A stretch of DNA of 63,152 bases, filler included, from Chiloscyllium plagiosum (lineage: Eukaryota), in assembly GCF_004010195.1 (NCBI RefSeq). It is 10 parts of 10 records of this genome, joined end to end, with 100 filler letters (N's around TTAATTAATTAA, not from the genome) between each part and the next. Parts side by side here need not be neighbours in the genome. Positions count along the whole stretch, not along the records: positions 40,384 to 63,152 come from NW_025214780.1; 9 more parts are not named here. One strand, written 5' to 3'. Positions 61,460 through 63,152 of the stretch are shown here, piece by piece (the stretch's first letter is position 1; every line of letters starts with the position of its first letter). The position numbers and the translations under genes are program-made. The notes under the pieces are model-generated. The model saw nothing but the letters and a program-made list of their open reading frames with translations. It was not told where the DNA came from and did not search any database.

Positions 61460-62460
61460 TTTATTTATTCATTTTGTGGAATGTGGGCAACGCTGGATGG
61501 CCAGCGTTTATTGCTCATTCCTAGTTGCTCCTTGAGAAGGTGGTGGGGAGCTGCCTTTTTGAACTGCTGCAGTCCACCTGCTGTGGGCTGACCGTCAATG
61601 CCATTATGGAGGGAATTCCAGGAGTTGGAGCCAGCTACAGTGAAGGAAAGCAATATATTCCAAGTCAAGATGGTGAGTGGCTTGGAGAGGAACTTGAAAG
61701 TGGTGCTTGGAACTTGAAAATATATTGGCTGCCTTTGTCCTTCCAGATGGAACTAGTCGTGTGTCTTGAAGGTGCTGTCTGAGGATCTTTGGCAAATTTC
61801 TGTAGTTCATCTTGTAGATGGTACACACTGCTGCTACTGAGCGTTGGTGGCAGATTGGATGCAGTGCTAATCAAGTGGGCTGCTTTGTCCTGGATGGTGT
61901 CAAGCTTCTTGAGTGATATTGGGGGCTGCACACATCCAGGCAACTGGGGAGTATTCCATCACACTCCCAACTTGTGCCTTGTAGATTGTAGACAGCCTTT
62001 CAGGAGTCAGGAGGTGAGGTACTTGCCGCAGTATTCTTAGCCTCTGACCTGCTTTTATAACCACAGTGTTTATTTGGTGAGTCCAGTTGAGTTTCTGATC
62101 AATGGTAACTCCCAGGATATTAATAGTGGGGGATTCAGTGATGGTCACACCACTGAATGTCAAGGGGCACTGGTTAGATTGTCTCTTATTGGTGATGGTC
62201 ATAGATTGGCACTTGTGTGACATGAATGTTACTTGCCACTTGTCAGCCCAAGCCTGGATATTGTCCAGATCTTATTGCATTTGGACACGGACTGTTTTAA
62301 TATCTGAGGAGTCGAAAATGGTGCTGAACATTGTGCAATCATCAGTGAAAATTTCCATTTCTGACCTTATGGAGGGAAGGTCATTGATAAAGCAACAGAA
62401 GGACACGACCCTGAGGAGCTCCTCCAGAGATGACCTGGAGCTACATGACTGACCTCTAAC
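61460..62460 (-). mobile_element. CR1/L2-group LINE RT and 3' end
   Basis: CFINDLPSIRSEMEIFTDDCT, ILGVTIDQKLNWT and IYKAQVGSVMEYS. Confidence 0.8.
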
Positions 62461-62469
62461 AACCATGAT

Positions 62470-63152
62470 CATCTTCCACGTTCTTCCTCCAGGCGTCTGG
62501 TGGTGAGGGAGCGGCGGTGAAGGAGGCCCAGGACCCCCATGTCCTCGGCAGAGTGGGAGGGAGAGTTGAAATGTTGGGCCACGGGGCAGTGTGGTTGATT
62601 GGTGCGGGTGTCCCAGAGATGTTCCCTAAAGTGCTCTGCTCGGAGGCGTCCAGTCTCCCCAATGTAGAGGAGACCGTATCGGGAGCAACGGATACAGTAA
62701 ATGTGTCAGGTCTGATGCTAACCACCGGAGAGTTTGCCCCCAATACCCATTGATTCCAGTTTTGTTTGGGCCTCCAACCATTTCTTGACATCATGTGGAG
62801 TGAATCAAATTGGCTGAAGACTGGTATCTGGATTAGTGGTGCCGGAAGAGCATAGCAGTTCAGGCAGCATCCGAGGAGCAGTAAAATCGACAGTAAAAGC
62901 CCTTCATCAGGAATAAAGGCAGAGAGCCCAAAGCGTGGAGAGATAAGCTATGGAGTGAATCAAATTGGCTGAAGACTGGTATCTGGATTAGTGGTGCTGG
63001 AAGAGCACAGCAGTTCAGGCAGCATCCGAGGAGCAGTAAAATCGACATTTCGTGCAAAAGCCCTTCATCAGGAATAAAGGCAGAGAGCCTGAAGCGTGGA
63101 GAGATACCCTAGAGGGGAGTGGGGGTGGGGAGAAAGTAGCATAGAGTACAAT
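62470..63152 (-). mobile_element. Penelope-like endonuclease fragment and tandem terminal repeats with hammerhead cores
   Basis: ~155-bp duplication at 62796-62950 / 62951-63112; minus strand CTGATGA-A-GGGCTTTTGCAC-GAAA-TGTC at 63044-63071. Confidence 0.8.

Overview
Repeat-rich vertebrate DNA from a cartilaginous fish (shark-type Ig sequences, HE1-like SINEs, CR1 and Penelope retroelements). The window is not continuous: it is ten contigs joined by artificial 100-bp linkers (44N-TTAATTAATTAA-44N). Eight contigs carry pieces of cluster-type immunoglobulin loci. There are five kappa-type (NS4-like) light-chain C exons; only the one at 22692-23020 is fully canonical. There is one intact unrearranged leader-Vk-12RSS / 23RSS-Jk unit with its promoter (minus strand, 48123-49247). 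There are also IgM heavy-chain exons: Cmu1, a Cmu3-Cmu4/secretory pair and a Cmu4/secretory-TM1-TM2 set, the last two with inactivating lesions. The rest is mostly decayed CR1, Tx1, Rex1 and Penelope-like elements, SINEs and tandem repeats. The most interesting non-obvious signals are: (i) two families of minimal hammerhead-ribozyme motifs in Penelope terminal repeats and in short non-autonomous derivatives; (ii) a 33-bp minisatellite derived from a DeuSINE domain; (iii) a 44-bp array with repeated forkhead motifs upstream of Vk; (iv) candidate CTCF and PU.1/IRF regulatory islands; (v) exon-specific lesions across the Ig paralogs. All family assignments come from recognising motifs by eye; no database search was run, and repeat boundaries are approximate.
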